From the NCBI RefSeq assembly GCF_963921235.1, contig NC_086097.1, forward strand, positions 58,716,001 to 58,780,000: a stretch of DNA of 64,000 nucleotides, in the 5' to 3' direction. The position numbers and the translations under genes are program-made. The stretch comes from Mobula hypostoma. Taxonomy: Eukaryota. The notes beneath the pieces are model-generated. The model was given only the letters and a program-made list of their open reading frames with translations, was not told the origin of the DNA and did not search any database. Positions within the stretch are counted from its first letter, which is position 1, and each line of letters starts with the position of its first letter. This document shows positions 45,518-58,426 of this stretch, piece by piece.

Positions 45518-48500
45518 TGTGGTAAACCATGTATATAGGTTGTAACTAAGTTACCTGTTGGACATGCCTGGATATGCCCCTCTGCTGACTGCTCCTGTGG
45601 CTCCTCCCACAGACCCCTGAATAAAGGTCATTGTGTCACTGCTCCTCCCTCATTCCAGGACAGATATTCAGCATGGACGTTGGTCCATTTTACTGTTAAT
45701 AAAAGCCTTTCAGTATTTACTCTACTTCCAGTCCTTTGGAGTAATTGATAGTGCATCAATTTTATTAACAGTAATTTTAAAGCATGGAACACGTCCTGAG
45801 ACCCGACAAGCTAGACCCTGATCCGCAAATACCTGAAGCCAGAAATGCTTTCGAACTCTGGTTGGCCTGCTTCGAATCATACCTGGAGGAGATTGAAGTG
45901 ACCAAGTCTGCCGTGAAGCACAGAGTTCTCCTCTCTAGGATCAGTCCACGGGTCTACTCAATGATTCGAGACCAGCTGAGCTACGATGGCGCGATGAGCG
46001 CCCTCAGAAGACAATACCTACGGCCGGTAAGCCAGAGGGTCGCCATGGCTTCCAGGTCGCATACAACAGACATCCGGGGGGGGGTTGTGTAGCAACGCCA
46101 GTGGTTCAGGGCACAGAATATCGAGACTTTATGTTACTGGTCATGCCTGAACTGTGTGCCCCTGTGCTATTGGGGCTCGACTTCCAGAGCCACCTGAGGA
46201 GCATGACAATGGAGTATGATGGGCCCCTCCCACCAATTACTGTCGGAAATCCTCAGTTTTGTAGGGATACATCACATACCCCGCTACTGACCGCACACAC
46301 ACACCAACCCACACGTCCAACCCAACACCATGCCAACAGCCGCACTACCGATGCTACTTGTGGCCTCTCCACCCTCAAGATCCCTCCCCCACTGCTGTTC
46401 GCCAACCTGACCCCTGACTGTAAATCTGTGGCCACTAAAAGCAGGAGGTACAGCGCGGGGGACAGAGCTTTCATTAAGTCGGAGGTGCATCGGCTGCTCA
46501 GGGAGGGGGTCATTGAGGTAAGCACAAGTCCTTGGAGGGCCCAGGTGGTCGTTCTTCAGAACGGGGAGAAGAATAGGATGGTTGTGGACTATAGCCAGAC
46601 CATCAATAGGTTCACGCAGCTCGACGCGTACCCTCTACCCCGCATCGTGGATATGGTCAATCAGATAGCACAGTGCAAGGTGTACTCGACCATAGACCTA
46701 AAATCTGCTTACCATCAGCTCCCCATTCGCCGGGAGGACCACCCTTACACCGCCTTCAAGGTGGACGGTGGGCTGTATCAATTCCTGTGCATCCCCTTCG
46801 GTGTCACGAATAGTGTATCTGTCTTCCAGAGGGAAATGGACCGGATGGTGGACCAGTGCCAACTGAAGGCCACGTTCCCATATCTGGATAACATCACCAT
46901 CTGCGGTCACGACTGGCAGGATCACGACAATAACCACCAAAAATTTTTCCAAGCGGCCAAAGCTTTCAATCTCATCTATAACAAGGACAAGTGTGTTTTC
47001 AGAACCACCCGACTTGCTATCCTTGGGTGTGTTGTGGAGAAGGGAGTCATTGGCCCGACCCCGACCGTATGCACCCCCTGTTGGAACTCCCTCTTCCCAA
47101 CACCCTCAGAGCCCTCAAAAGGTGCCTGGGCTTCTTTTCATATTACGCCCAATGGGTCCCTAACTACGCAGACAAGGCCCGCCCCCTGGTCAAGTCCATC
47201 ACATTTCCCCTCTCAGCCGAGGCCCGTGCAGCCTTCAGCTGCAGTAAAGGGGACATTGCCAAAGCAGCAATGCATGCGGTGGATGAGGTCATTCCCTTCC
47301 AAGTAGAGAGTGACGCCTCCGACTTCGCGCTGGCTGCTACCCTCCACCAGGCTGGAAGACCAGTGGCGTTCTTCTCCCGTACCCTTCAAGGCCCTGAACT
47401 TCGGCACTCCGCGGTGGAGAAAGAGGCCCAGGCCATAGTGGAAGCTATTAGGCACTGGAGGCACTATCTCGCCGGCAAAAATTTCACCCTGCTGACTGAC
47501 CAGCAGTCAGTCGCATTCATGTTTAGTAACCAACAGCGGAGCAAAATCAAAAATGATAAAATTCTGAGGTGGAGAATCGAACTCTCCACTTACAACTATG
47601 GCATCATGTACAGGCCTGGGAAGCTCAATGAGCCCTCCGATGCCCTATCCTGGGGAGTGTGCGCCAGCGCGCAGATCGACCAACTATACGCCCTACATGC
47701 AGATCTTTGCCACCCGGGAGTCATCCGGCTTTTCCACTTCGTGAAAGCCCGGAACCTGCCTTACTCCCTTGAGGAGATCAGGATGATGACCAGCGACTGC
47801 CAAGTCTGCGCAGAGTGCAAACCGCACTTCTACTGACCCGAAAAGGCACCACTCATCAAGGTCACCCGCCCCTTTGAGCGACTGAGTGTTGACTTTAAGG
47901 GCCCCCTTCCCTCCACCGACTGCAATGTGTACTTTCTTAACGTTATCGACGAGTACTCGCGGTTCCCCTTCACCATCCCCTGCCCCGACACCACTACCAC
48001 GTCAGTTATAAAAGCCCTGCCCAAGCTCTTCACTCTGTTCCGATACCCATGCTATATCCACAGTGACAGAGGGTCCTCGTTTATGAGTGACGAGCTGCGC
48101 CAATACCTGCTGGCTAGGGGAATTGCAACTAGTAGGACCACGAGCTATAATCCCCCGGGGAACAGACAGGTGGAGAGGGAGAATGGCACGGTGTGGAAAG
48201 CCACACTCTTAGCCCTCAGGTCAAAGGGACTTCCAGTCTCTCACTGGCAGGAGGTCCTTCCCGAGGCACTCCACTCCATCCGCTCCCTGTTACGTACGTC
48301 CACCAATGCCAGCCCTCATGAGCGACGTTTTTCTTTTCCCAGGAAGTCGACCACCGGGACCACCCTATCAACTTGGCTGACGTCCCCAGGGCCAGTGCTG
48401 CTCCGGAAACATGCGAGGAGAAATAAATACTCCCCGATGGTCGAGAGGGTTCACTTACTTCATGCGAACCCTCAGTATGCCTACGTGGTTTTACCTGATG

Positions 48501-49125
48501 GGCGGGAGGACACGGTCTCCATCCGCGACCTGGCGCCCGCAGGAGCTCCGGGCCCCTACCCTGAACACTCCGTAGTGACTATTGACCCCGTACCCACCAA
48601 TGTATGTACCCATGAGACACCACACACTCCAAGCCCTACACAGACACCACACGACACTCCCATACCGGGCGCAACGCACACGCATGAGGGATTACCGACG
48701 CCTAACGTGCTGACACCTGAAGTCAGGCTGGAGCCAGCACAACCGCCATCGCCTGTGCAATCACCGCCGGTGCTACGTAGATCACAGCGACGGACTCGAC
48801 CGCCTGATAGACTTGACCTGTAAATATACTTGTTTTAAATATTGTCAGTCACTTCACCCCGCGGAACTCTCTTTTTTTAAAAGGAGGGGTGAATGTGGTA
48901 AACCATGTATGTAGGTTGTAACCAGGTTACCTGTCTGGACATGCCCCTCTGGTGACTGCTCCTGTGGCTTCTCACACAGACCCTTGAATAAAGGCGATTG
49001 TGTCACTGCTCCTCCCTCGTTCCAGGACAGATATTCAGCATGGACGTGGGTCCATTTTACTGTTAATAAAAGCCTTTCACTATTTGCTCTACTTCCAGTC
49101 TTTTGGAGTAATTGATAGTGCATCA
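45518..49125 (+). mobile_element. Gypsy/Ty3 LTR retrotransposon, 3608 bp: gag/protease partly deleted, RT-RNase H-integrase nearly intact
   Basis: LTRs 45518-45758 and 48894-49125 (TG...CA, ~14 substitutions plus indels). TSD CCCAT on both sides. PPT aaaaggaggggtgaa at 48879-48893. gag MEHVLRPDKL; RT SPW..RMVVDY..DLKSAYHQ..YLDN; RNase H ESDASD..EKEA..TDQ; integrase H..HPG..CQVC, VDFKGP, HSDRG, VERENG. Confidence 0.97.
46101..48823 (+). pseudogene. pol: Gypsy pol (protease tail, RT, RNase H, integrase) with one frameshift (~47058) and one in-frame stop (47834-47836)
   Basis: ORFs 46101..47306, 46991..47836 and 47927..48823 join into one pol. Confidence 0.92.
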
Positions 49126-49541
49126 CCCATTCAAATGTCCAGTGGTGGAGCAGATACCTCCCTATGTGACCTCCAGTACGTCCTTAATTTTTGCACTGCA
49201 GTGCACAAGCACGAAGTCCAGAACACAGTGCTGTAAGTCCATGGATCAATATTAAATTCCCACCCATTATCATTCTAACAATAGTTTGTTTGCTTATTTC
49301 TGACTTCATGAAATTGAAATCTCAGTTTAAAACAGTTCCGCTTGTGGACCATTTGTCTAATCTATACAGTTACACATTCTTTTACCCTTTCTCTTTATCT
49401 TTTATCTACCTCTAAAATCCCCACTGTCTGCAGTGAACATTCATTATATCCCCTCCCATGATTAATGTGATTGTATTATCATTTAAGGCTTCCTCATTCC
49501 TGTTCCTATTTTTATTTGCTTGCCTTTGTTCAAATACTTGG

Positions 49542-50010
49542 TTACTTACTTACTGCCTGTTACACCGGCTGGCGTTTAGGGCAGCAACGAAGGTCCTTCA
49601 TCTCAGTTAATCAATTCTAGTCTTGGTCTTGGCAGTGTCTATGGGTTCTTTCATCATGCCAGGAGCTTCCTTTCAGTTTTCACCACTGTTAGCCTTGCAA
49701 GTCCCAGCTGGGGACTCAGGAATTCTGTTTCACACAGATGTACAAGGATTCTTCACTGCTGTTTCGGTAAGTTTTGTTTGACTAGTCAGGGTTGTTAGAC
49801 ATAAGCTGAGCCCCCAAACCTGGGGGACCAGTAGACCACTCTTAGTCTGACCTGTTTGGCATGTGTGACCCTACCTCGAGGCAAAGCACAACACCCTGAC
49901 TCCAGCCAGCAAAGCACTACGGGTTATTGAAGCATAACACCGTGACTCCAGCCAGCATAGCACTCCGGGTTATTGAAGCACGCAGGCCTCCAAACCATGA
50001 CAAGCTTGTA
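49542..50010 (-). mobile_element. Non-autonomous RTE-related SINE, same family as 16985-17383, with a short internal duplication
   Basis: (TTAC)n at 49542-49554; tgactccagccagca.agcact.cgggttattgaagca occurs twice (~49897 and ~49943). Confidence 0.7.
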
Positions 50011-50879
50011 GCCCTCTTAGTGGATGTGCTTAGTTGCAAATCCAAGGAAAGAAAAAGATCTTTGGAAGTTATGAGGTTCAAGATTTGCAGCTACTAAGAT
50101 AAATAATTCAGACAATTAATAGCAAATTTGCAGCTAATTAATTGATAAATAATCCCACAGAAAAAAATGTGATAGCTATTAGAGAAATTTGTAAAAGCTG
50201 ATGGAAAGGTGACAGTTCAGTGCCTTTGTTACAATTTTTATCCTAGATATCCAAATGTAGACTAGAGTTTATTATAAGTCTCTTCAAATGACATGGATTA
50301 TTGATTGACAGTAATTACACAAAAATATACACGAACTTCAGCATGTCAATAACATGGATTTTCAACAGCAAATGGATTTTTCTGATACATATTAAGCTAC
50401 CGTTCAAACCAATTGGTGCATTCCATTTCAACAGTGTTATTGTCATGGGATTTATTGATACAAAGCAGACAATTTTCTGTATTCAGAAAGCTGTCAGATG
50501 CTAAGGAATAAATTTAATAAGAACAGGTATAAGATCACAGTACATCATTTAAAAAAAAACCTCAGTTAAATCTGATGCCACTCAAAAGATTACACAGCTT
50601 GCTATTATTTTGAATAGAAAATGCTTTGTGTTGTCAGTTGTCATAGTTCCCAATGGCAAAGCAATATTAACAAATTTGAGAAATGCATTTAAAAATGAAG
50701 GTGAAGAAAGAAACAGTAACACCCTGGTGAAAATGAACTACAAATTTCTTTGCTTGCTACCTTTCAGCTGGCATTGTAATACTATGTGGACTCTATAGTG
50801 ATGCTTGGATATATCGATCTATCTGAAGATTTACCGGTTGGCAGTAAAATCACAAATATCGTTTTTCAGCAACATTTGT

Positions 50880-51470
50880 AGAACATAGAAGAGGACAACG
50901 TAGTACAGGCCAGTGATGTTGTGCTGATCCTTTAACCTACTCTAACGTTAATTTAACTCCTTCCTCCCACATCGCTCTCCATTTTTCTTTCATCCACATG
51001 CCCGCCTAAGAGTCTTTTAAATGTCCCTAATATATCTGCCTTTGCCACCACCCCCAGTGGCGTGTTCCATATACCTACCACTTCGTGTAAAAAAAACTTT
51101 CCTCTGACATGCCCCATTTACATTCTTCCAAACACCTTCAAGTTATAGTCCCTCTTATTAGCCATTTCCACCTTGGGAAAATATCTAGCTGTCCACTCTA
51201 TTGATATCTCTTATCATCCTCTACATCTCTATCAAGTCACCTCTCATGCTCCTTCGCTCCAAAGAGTAAAGACCTAGATTGCTCAACTTATCATCTAAGA
51301 TATTCTCTCTAAGCCAGGCAGCATCCTGGTACCTCTCCTCTGTACCCTCTCTAAAGCTACCTATAATGAGGCAACCAGAACTGAACATGATACTCCAAGT
51401 GAGGTCCAACCAGAGTTTTATAGAGCTGCACCATTACCTTGTGGCTCTTGAACTCAATCCCCCAACTAAC
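50880..51470 (-). mobile_element. CR1 3' fragment
   Basis: LGLYSLERRSMRGDLIEM; similar to 19075-19450. Confidence 0.85.
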
Positions 51471-51477
51471 ACATCAT

Positions 51478-52828
51478 ATCATGAAAAAATCTGCAGATAC
51501 TGGAAATCCAAAGGTACACACACAGAATGCCGGAGGAACTCAAAAGGTCAGACAAGATCTAAGGAAAAGAGTAAACAGTTGACATTTTGGGCCGTGGCCC
51601 TTCTTCAGACCTGAGAGGGAAGTGGGGAAATGCCTGAATTAAATGGTTAGAGGAGGGGAAAGAGACTAGCTGGAAGCTGAGAGGTGAAGCCAGGTGGGTG
51701 AGAAAGGTCAAGAACTGGTGAAGAAGGAATTGGATAGGAGAGGCAAAAGGGAAGGAGGATGGGATCCAGGAGGAAGTAATAGATAAATAAGAAGAAGTAA
51801 AAGGTTAGTGTGGGAACAAATGATAGGTGGGGGAATATTTTCACCAGATGGAGAAATCAATATCCATACTATCAGGTTGGAGGGTACCCAGACAGAATAT
51901 AAGGTGTTGCTCCTCCACCCTGAGGGTGGCCTCATCTTGGTACAAGAGGAGGCCATGGATTGACATACCAGAATGGGAATGGGAATTGGAATTAAAATGT
52001 TTGGCCACTCGGAATTCCCGCTTGTGGCAGATGGTGTGGAGGTCTTGACCAAGTGGTCCCCCAACTTATGACATGTCTCACCAATGTAGAGGAGACTGCA
52101 TTGGGAGCACTGGACATAATAGATGACCCTACCAGATTCTCAGGTGAAGTGTTGACTCACCTGGAAGGACTGTTTGGAACCTTGAATGGAGGTGAGGGAG
52201 GAGGTGTATAGGCAGGTGTAGCATTTAAGCCGCTTGCAGGGATAAGTGCCTGGAGGGGGATTAGTGGAGAGGGATGAATGGACAAGGGAATTGTGCAGAG
52301 AGTGATCTCTGCTGAAAGCGGGGGAGGGGGAGGGGGAGGGGGAGGTAAAGATATGTTTAATGGTAGGGCTCCTTTAGAGATAGAGGAAGTTGTGGAGAAT
52401 AATATGTTGGATATGGAGGCTGATGGGGTGAGGTGATAGGTAAGGACAAGAGGAACTCTATCAATGTTAAGGTGACGGGAATATGGGGTAAGTGCTGAAG
52501 TGTGGGAAATGGAGGAGATGCAGGTAAGGGCAGCATCAATATTAAAGGGCACAAAACCCCATTCTTTAAAGAAGGAAGACATTTCTGATGTTCTGGAACA
52601 GAAAGCCGTGACCAAGGTATAGATGCAGTGGAGGCAAAGAAACTGAGAAAAGGGAATAGCATTTTTACAGAAAACAGTTTGGGAAATGGTATAGTCGAGA
52701 TAACTATGGGAATCAGAGTTTTATAAAAGATGTTGGTTGACAATTTATCTCCAGAAATAGAGACAGAGAGACCAAGAAAGGGAAGAGAAGTGTCAGAGAT
52801 GGACCAAGTGAATTTAAGGGTAGAGTGG
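51478..52828 (-). mobile_element. Penelope-like element (RT C-terminus, GIY-YIG, tail with hammerhead-like motif)
   Basis: LKFTWSISDTSLPFLGLSVSISGDKLST, VPLVLTYH, LLYIGET. Minus strand CTGAAGAagggccacggcccAAAAtgtcaactg at ~51577-51608. Confidence 0.9.
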
Positions 52829-52829
52829 C

Positions 52830-53940
52830 CATAAGAAGTGCCAGAGGATTGGAGTGCAGCAAATATTATTCCTTTGTTCAAGAAAGTTAATAGGGATACC
52901 ACTGGAAATTATAGAATTGTGAAACTTAAATCAATGGTGGGCAAATTATTGGAGAGAGGATATTTAGAGACAGGATTTATGAACATTGAGAAACATAGTC
53001 TGATTACATATAGCCAATGTAGCTTTGTGAGGGGTAGGGCCATGACTGAATTCTTTGAGGAAGTGACAAAAGAAATTGATGAAGGCAGAGCAATGGATGT
53101 TGAGTATATAGATTTTAGTAAGGCATTTGACAAGGTTTTCCATGGTAACCTCATTCAGAAAGTCAGCAGACATGGGATCCAGGTAAACTTGGCCAAGCGG
53201 ATTCAGAACTGAGTTCAGAATTTTTCAGATTTAGGAAGTGGAGGATAGATTAGTAAGTTTACCGATCACATGAAGGTTGGTGATGTTGTGGATAATGTAG
53301 AAGGTTGTTATCGGTTATAAAGGGACATTGAAAACATGCATAGCTGGCTAAGAGGCTGCAGATGGAGTTCAATCCAGAAAAGTGTTACGTGATTCACTTT
53401 GGAAAGTCAAACTTGAAGGAAGAACTTGGTAAAGAAGGCAAAATGCAATGTTGGCATTTATTTCAAGGGGAATAGAATATAAAAACAAAGAGATAATGCG
53501 GACCCTTTATAAGACACTGGTCAGACCACACTTAAAGTATTGGTAACAGTGTTGGGTCCCATATCTCAGAAAGTGTTGTCATTGGAGAGAATCCAGAGAA
53601 GGTTCACAAGGATGACTCCAGGAATTAACGGGTTAACCTATGAGAAGTGTTTGGCAGCTTTATCCCTGTACTCACTGGAATTTAGAAGAATGCATGGGGA
53701 TCTCATTGAAGCCTACTGAATGTCCGAAAGACTAGACTGGGTGGATGTGGAGAGGATGTTTCCCATTGTGGGGGTATCCAGAACTAGATCCAGCATAGCC
53801 TCAAAATTGAGGGGTGACCTTTTAGGACAGAAGTATGGAGGAATGTCTTTAGCCAGAGAGTAGTGAATCTGTGGAATGCTCTGCCACATACTGTGGTGGA
53901 GGCTGTCTGTGGGAATACTTAAGGTGGAATTTGAGAACCA
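52830..53940 (+). mobile_element. CR1 RT fragments
   Basis: PEDWSAANIIPLFKK, YIDFSKAFDKV, LYKTLVRPHL. Confidence 0.85.
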
Positions 53941-54084
53941 AGTTCTTTGTGGTCTTTCATTGATTCTATTATGGATAATTTCCTATAATGGCATTATTGA
54001 GAGTGCCTGCAAGAAAATGAACCTCAGGGTTGTATATTGTAACATCTATGTTCTTTGATAATAAATTTAATTTGAATTTTGAAC

Positions 54085-54445
54085 TCAATGATCATTGCCA
54101 AAGGACAGCAATCTCTTCCCTTGTTTCCCTTAGTAACCTGGGGTACATCTCACCTGGCCCTGTGGACTTATCTATCCTAATGTGTTTCAAAAGTTCCTAC
54201 TCATCCTATTTCTTAACATTGACAATTTCCAGCATATCAGTCTGTTTTATGCTGATCTCACATTTATTAAGGTCCCTCTCACTGATGAATAACGAAGCAA
54301 ACTATTTATTAAGGATCTCCCTTCCTCTTTGGACTCCACGCAATTGTTTCCTCTATTATACCTGATTGGTTCGACTCTCATTTTAGTCCTCCTCCTGTTC
54401 TCCACGTACTTGTCGAGTGCCTTAGAGTTTTTCTTAATCCTACTC
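54085..54445 (-). mobile_element. CR1 ORF2 fragment
   Basis: Reverse complement of DKSTGPGEMYPRLLRE at ~54128-54175. Confidence 0.7.
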
Positions 54446-54464
54446 CACTGGGAGTGGCCATAGC

Positions 54465-55620
54465 CATTGCTGGATTGGCCATTGTTGGTCTGGACCAGTG
54501 TTAGAGTGGTCAAGCTTTGGTGAGAACAGACAGAGGCAAGGTTGCTGAGTCATTTGGAATCATTCAGTTGATTCCAGAATTTAAACTTAAGGCAAAGGTA
54601 TAGCAAGTGCAGGCAGGATGGTAGTTAAAGCTCCTCCTGTAAGACACGTGATTGCAGTGTACCCAGCGGTCTCCCTGATGATTGCACCTGCAAGAAGTGT
54701 ACACAACTTCAGCTCCTGACTGACAAGGTCAAGGAACTGATGCTAGAGTTGGAGGTACTGAGGACCATCTGGGAGGCTGAAAACCTCAGAGACGAGACTT
54801 TTACTGACACGGTCACACCCAGAGTGCAGTTTTCAGATAGAAGATGGGTGACCCCCAGGACGTAAGCAGTTAGTGCAGGGTCCCCTTGTGGCCATTCCAC
54901 TCAGCAAGAAGCATACTCTTTGGGTGCTGCAGGGGTGGATGACCTATAAGGGCACAGCAGCAGCAGCCATGCCAGTGGCACTGTGGCCAGCCCTGAGGCT
55001 CAGAAGGGAAGGGTAAAGTCAGGCAGAGTGATAGCAATAGGAGTCTAGATAGTTAGGGTGACAGACAGGAGATTCTGTGGCTGTGAAAGAGACACCAAAA
55101 TGGTATGTTGCCTCCCAGGTGCCAGGATCAAGGATGTCTCAGAGCAGCTGCAGATGATTCTCAAGAGAGAGGGTGACCAGTCAGAGGTTGTGGTACACAT
55201 TGACACCAATGACATGGGTAGAAAGGGGGAGAAAGGTCCTGCACAATGAGTATTGAGGGTTAGGGAAGTGGCTGAAATGCAGGACCTCCAATGCAGCAAT
55301 CTCTGGGTTACTCCCAATGCCATGTACTAGTCAGGGCAGGAATAGGATGACAGTACAGATGAATGAGTGGCTAAGGAACTAGTGAAGTGGGCAGGGTTTC
55401 AGTTACTTGGATAACTGGAACCTTTATCTGGGGCAGCAGTGACCTGTACAAGAGGAACAGCTTGCAACTAAACTGGAGGAGAACCAATACTGTGGCCGAG
55501 AGATTCACTAGTGCTACTAGTGGGAGGGTTTAAGCTAGTTTGGCAGGAGAATGGGAATCAGGGTGCCAGGTCAGAAAGTGGAGGCATGAAGAGGAAGGTA
55601 GATGTCAGGGGAGTAAAATC
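54465..55620 (+). mobile_element. CR1 5' part with ORF1 (zinc finger and esterase)
   Basis: ggattggccattg 5' region; LPDDCTCKKCTQLQLL; TDRRFCGCERDTKMVCCLPGARIKDVSEQL..EVVVHIDTND. Confidence 0.85.
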
Positions 55621-55629
55621 AGGCAGGAG

Positions 55630-56237
55630 CAAAGTAATAGATATATTGAGGCTCTATAAGGCACTCGTGAGACCACACTTGGTGTATTGTGTGCGGTTTT
55701 GGGCTCCTTATTTTAGGAAGGATATACTGACATTGGAGAGGGTTCAGAGAAGATTCACGAGAATGATTCTGGGAATGGAAGGGTTACTGTATGAGAAACG
55801 TCTGGCAGCTCTTGGGCTGTATTCCCTGGAGTTCAGGAGAATGAGGGGGATCTCATAGAAACATTCCGAATGTTAAAAGGACTGAACAGATTAGATATGG
55901 CAAAGTTATTTCCCATGGTGGGGGATTCTAGGACAAGAAGGCATGACTTTAGGATTGAAGGACTTCCTTTTAGAACTGAGATGCGGAGAAATTACTTTAG
56001 TCAGAGAGTGGTAAATCTGTGGAATTTGTTGCCACGAGTGGCTGTGGAGGCCAAGTCATTGGGTGTATTTGACGCAGAGATAGATAGGTTCTTGACTAGC
56101 CAGGGCATCTAAGGGTATAGGGTGAAAGCAGGAGAGTAGGGATGACTGGAAGAATTGGATCAGCCCATGATTGAATGGCAGAACAGACTCGATGGGCTGA
56201 ATAGCCTACTTCTGCACTTATACCTTATGGTCTTATG
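55630..56237 (+). mobile_element. CR1 3' fragment
   Basis: [35 protein letters not shown]; tail cttatggtcttatg. Confidence 0.88.
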
Positions 56238-56244
56238 AAATGAG

Positions 56245-56795
56245 GACAGGAATTTAAACGTTTAGTCACTGCAAAGTCTTGCTTTTTGTGGATGGATCAG
56301 AGTGCTCAACCAAGCGGTCCCACGATTTACATCAGGTCTCACCAATGTAGAGGAGGCTACACTGGACACAGTAGACAACTCCAACAGATTGGCGAGTGAA
56401 GTGTTCAGACATGTGGAAGGACTGCTTGGGGCCCTGAATGGATGTGAGGGAGTAGGTGAATGGGCAGGTGTAGCATTTCTGCAGCTTGCGTATATATGCC
56501 AGGAGGCAGATTAGTAGGGAGGGTTGAGTGGATAAGGAAATTGTGGAGGGAGCGATCCCTGTGGAAAGCGCAGAGTGGTGTGAGGGGGTGGAGAGGTTAA
56601 AATGTATTTGTTGGTAGGGTCCTATTGAAGATGACGCAAGTTGCAGAGAATAATATGTTGGATGTGAAGGGTCATGGGGTGGTAGCTGAGGACAAAATGA
56701 ACACTATTTCTGTGTAGGCAGCAGAAAGATGGGGTGAGCATGGATGTCTGGGAAATGGAGAAGATGCAAGTGAGGGCAGCATTTATGGTGGAGCA
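56245..56795 (-). mobile_element. Penelope-like GIY-YIG fragment
   Basis: Reverse complement of LLYIGET (gtctcaccaatgtagaggag at 56337-56356); homologous to 52070-52540. Confidence 0.8.
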
Positions 56796-56799
56796 AGGG

Positions 56800-57740
56800 G
56801 AACCACTGACCCCTGCACCAGTTTCTCAGCCACACATTTATCTGCCAAATCATTCTATTCCTACCCTCACTGGCATATAGCACAAGCTGCAATCCAGAGA
56901 TTACTACACTGGAAGGCCTGTTTTGCAGCCTTCTACCTATGTAGCTCCCTAAAATATCTCCTCAGCTTGTCTCCCTATGTCATGGTGCCAATATGTACCA
57001 GGACTTTTGGCTGCTCACCCTCACACTTGAGAATGCCATTGACACAATTCGACACATCTCTGACCCTGGCACCTGGGAGGCCACATATCATCCGGGTGTC
57101 ACTATTGTGCCCACAGAATCTCATTTGTGTTCCTCTGATTATGGAATCTCCTATCAAAACTACAGTTATCTTCACCCCTCTGCTCTCAGAGCCACAGCAC
57201 CAGACTCAGTGCCAGAGACCCGGTCACTGGTGGCTCCCCCACCCCCCAGCAGGTCATCGCCCTCAACAGTATCTAATGTTGTATACTTATTATTGAGGGG
57301 AACGGCCACAGGAATACTCTGCACCAGCAGTGCATTTCCTTTCCTTCACCTGACAGTCACCCATTTACCTGTCTCCTGCAACCTCGGGGTGACTACTTCT
57401 CTGTAGCTCCTGTCTATCACTTCCTCGGTCTCCGATATGAGTCGAAGGTCATCGAGCTGCTGCTCCAGTTCCTTAATACGTTCTCTCAGGAGCTGCCACT
57501 CGGTGCACCTGGTGCAAATGTGTTTATCAGGGAGACTGGAGATCTCCCAGACTTCCCACATCCCATACACAGTATAAAACTCGGCCCTTGGAGCCATTTG
57601 CACTGCAGCGCTCCGCCCTAAAAGATGGGGAATGAACAAATAAGAACAAAAACAGAGACACTTACCAGATACTTTACTTGCCCGAGCCTGATCTCGCCTA
57701 AGCCCGATGAGCCAAAGCCACTCCAAACAATGGCACACTC
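56800..57740 (-). mobile_element. CR1 5' part with ORF1 (zinc finger and SGNH esterase)
   Basis: GMWEVWEISSLPDKHICTRCTEWQLLRERIKELE; VLIGDSIIRG..MICGLPGARVRDVS..VLVHIGT. Confidence 0.88.
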
Positions 57741-58237
57741 AAAAGAATGCCCACTCCAAGGATTTGCCCATGAGTCTTTACTTAGGATAAGAATTCTGAG
57801 AAAGGACAGTGGCATAGTTTACTTATACTTTGAATGAACTTAGTGAATTTGCAGAGCCTATGTTTTGTGTATTCTTGCTGTGGCTTGACATTTCAGTTAT
57901 AGGCATTCAAGATCTTAAACATATAGGAGGGTAGGGCTCACTATTCTGGTAAACTATGATGTACAAACGTAGTTCTGCAATACTGTAGATCTAGGGTTCT
58001 CAACACTCTGCAGGATTCCTGCAAAATTGAATCCATGAGAACATGACTTCCCTGTAATCCCAAATGAAACTGGTGGATGTCTCCTAGATTGTGCATTTCA
58101 ACAATGTTTCTATTTGTAACATTTCATCAATCCAACTCAAAAATGCAGGGTGTTTCGGGGGCTCATGGAACACATCTTGAGAAAGGAGAGGAAACCAGGG
58201 GCAGCACAAAATATTCTGTGAACATTGGAAATCTTGA

Positions 58238-58426
58238 GGAACGCAAAGTGCTGGAGGAACTCAGCAGCTCAGGCACCTGTGGAGGGAAATGAACAATCAA
58301 TGTTTCACGCTGAGGTCCTTTATCAGGATTGGATAGGAAGGGGCAAAACCCAAAATATCAATCATTTATTTCACTCCATAGGTGCTGCCTGAACTGCTGA
58401 GTTCCTCCAGCATTTTGCGTGTTGCT
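58238..58426. mobile_element. Fold-back Penelope-tail element with a decayed hammerhead-like motif in the loop
   Basis: acgcaaagtgctggaggaactcagcagctcaggca pairs with tgcctgaactgctgagttcctccagcattttgcgt. Minus strand cctgataaaggacctcagcgtgaaacattgattg. Confidence 0.8.
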
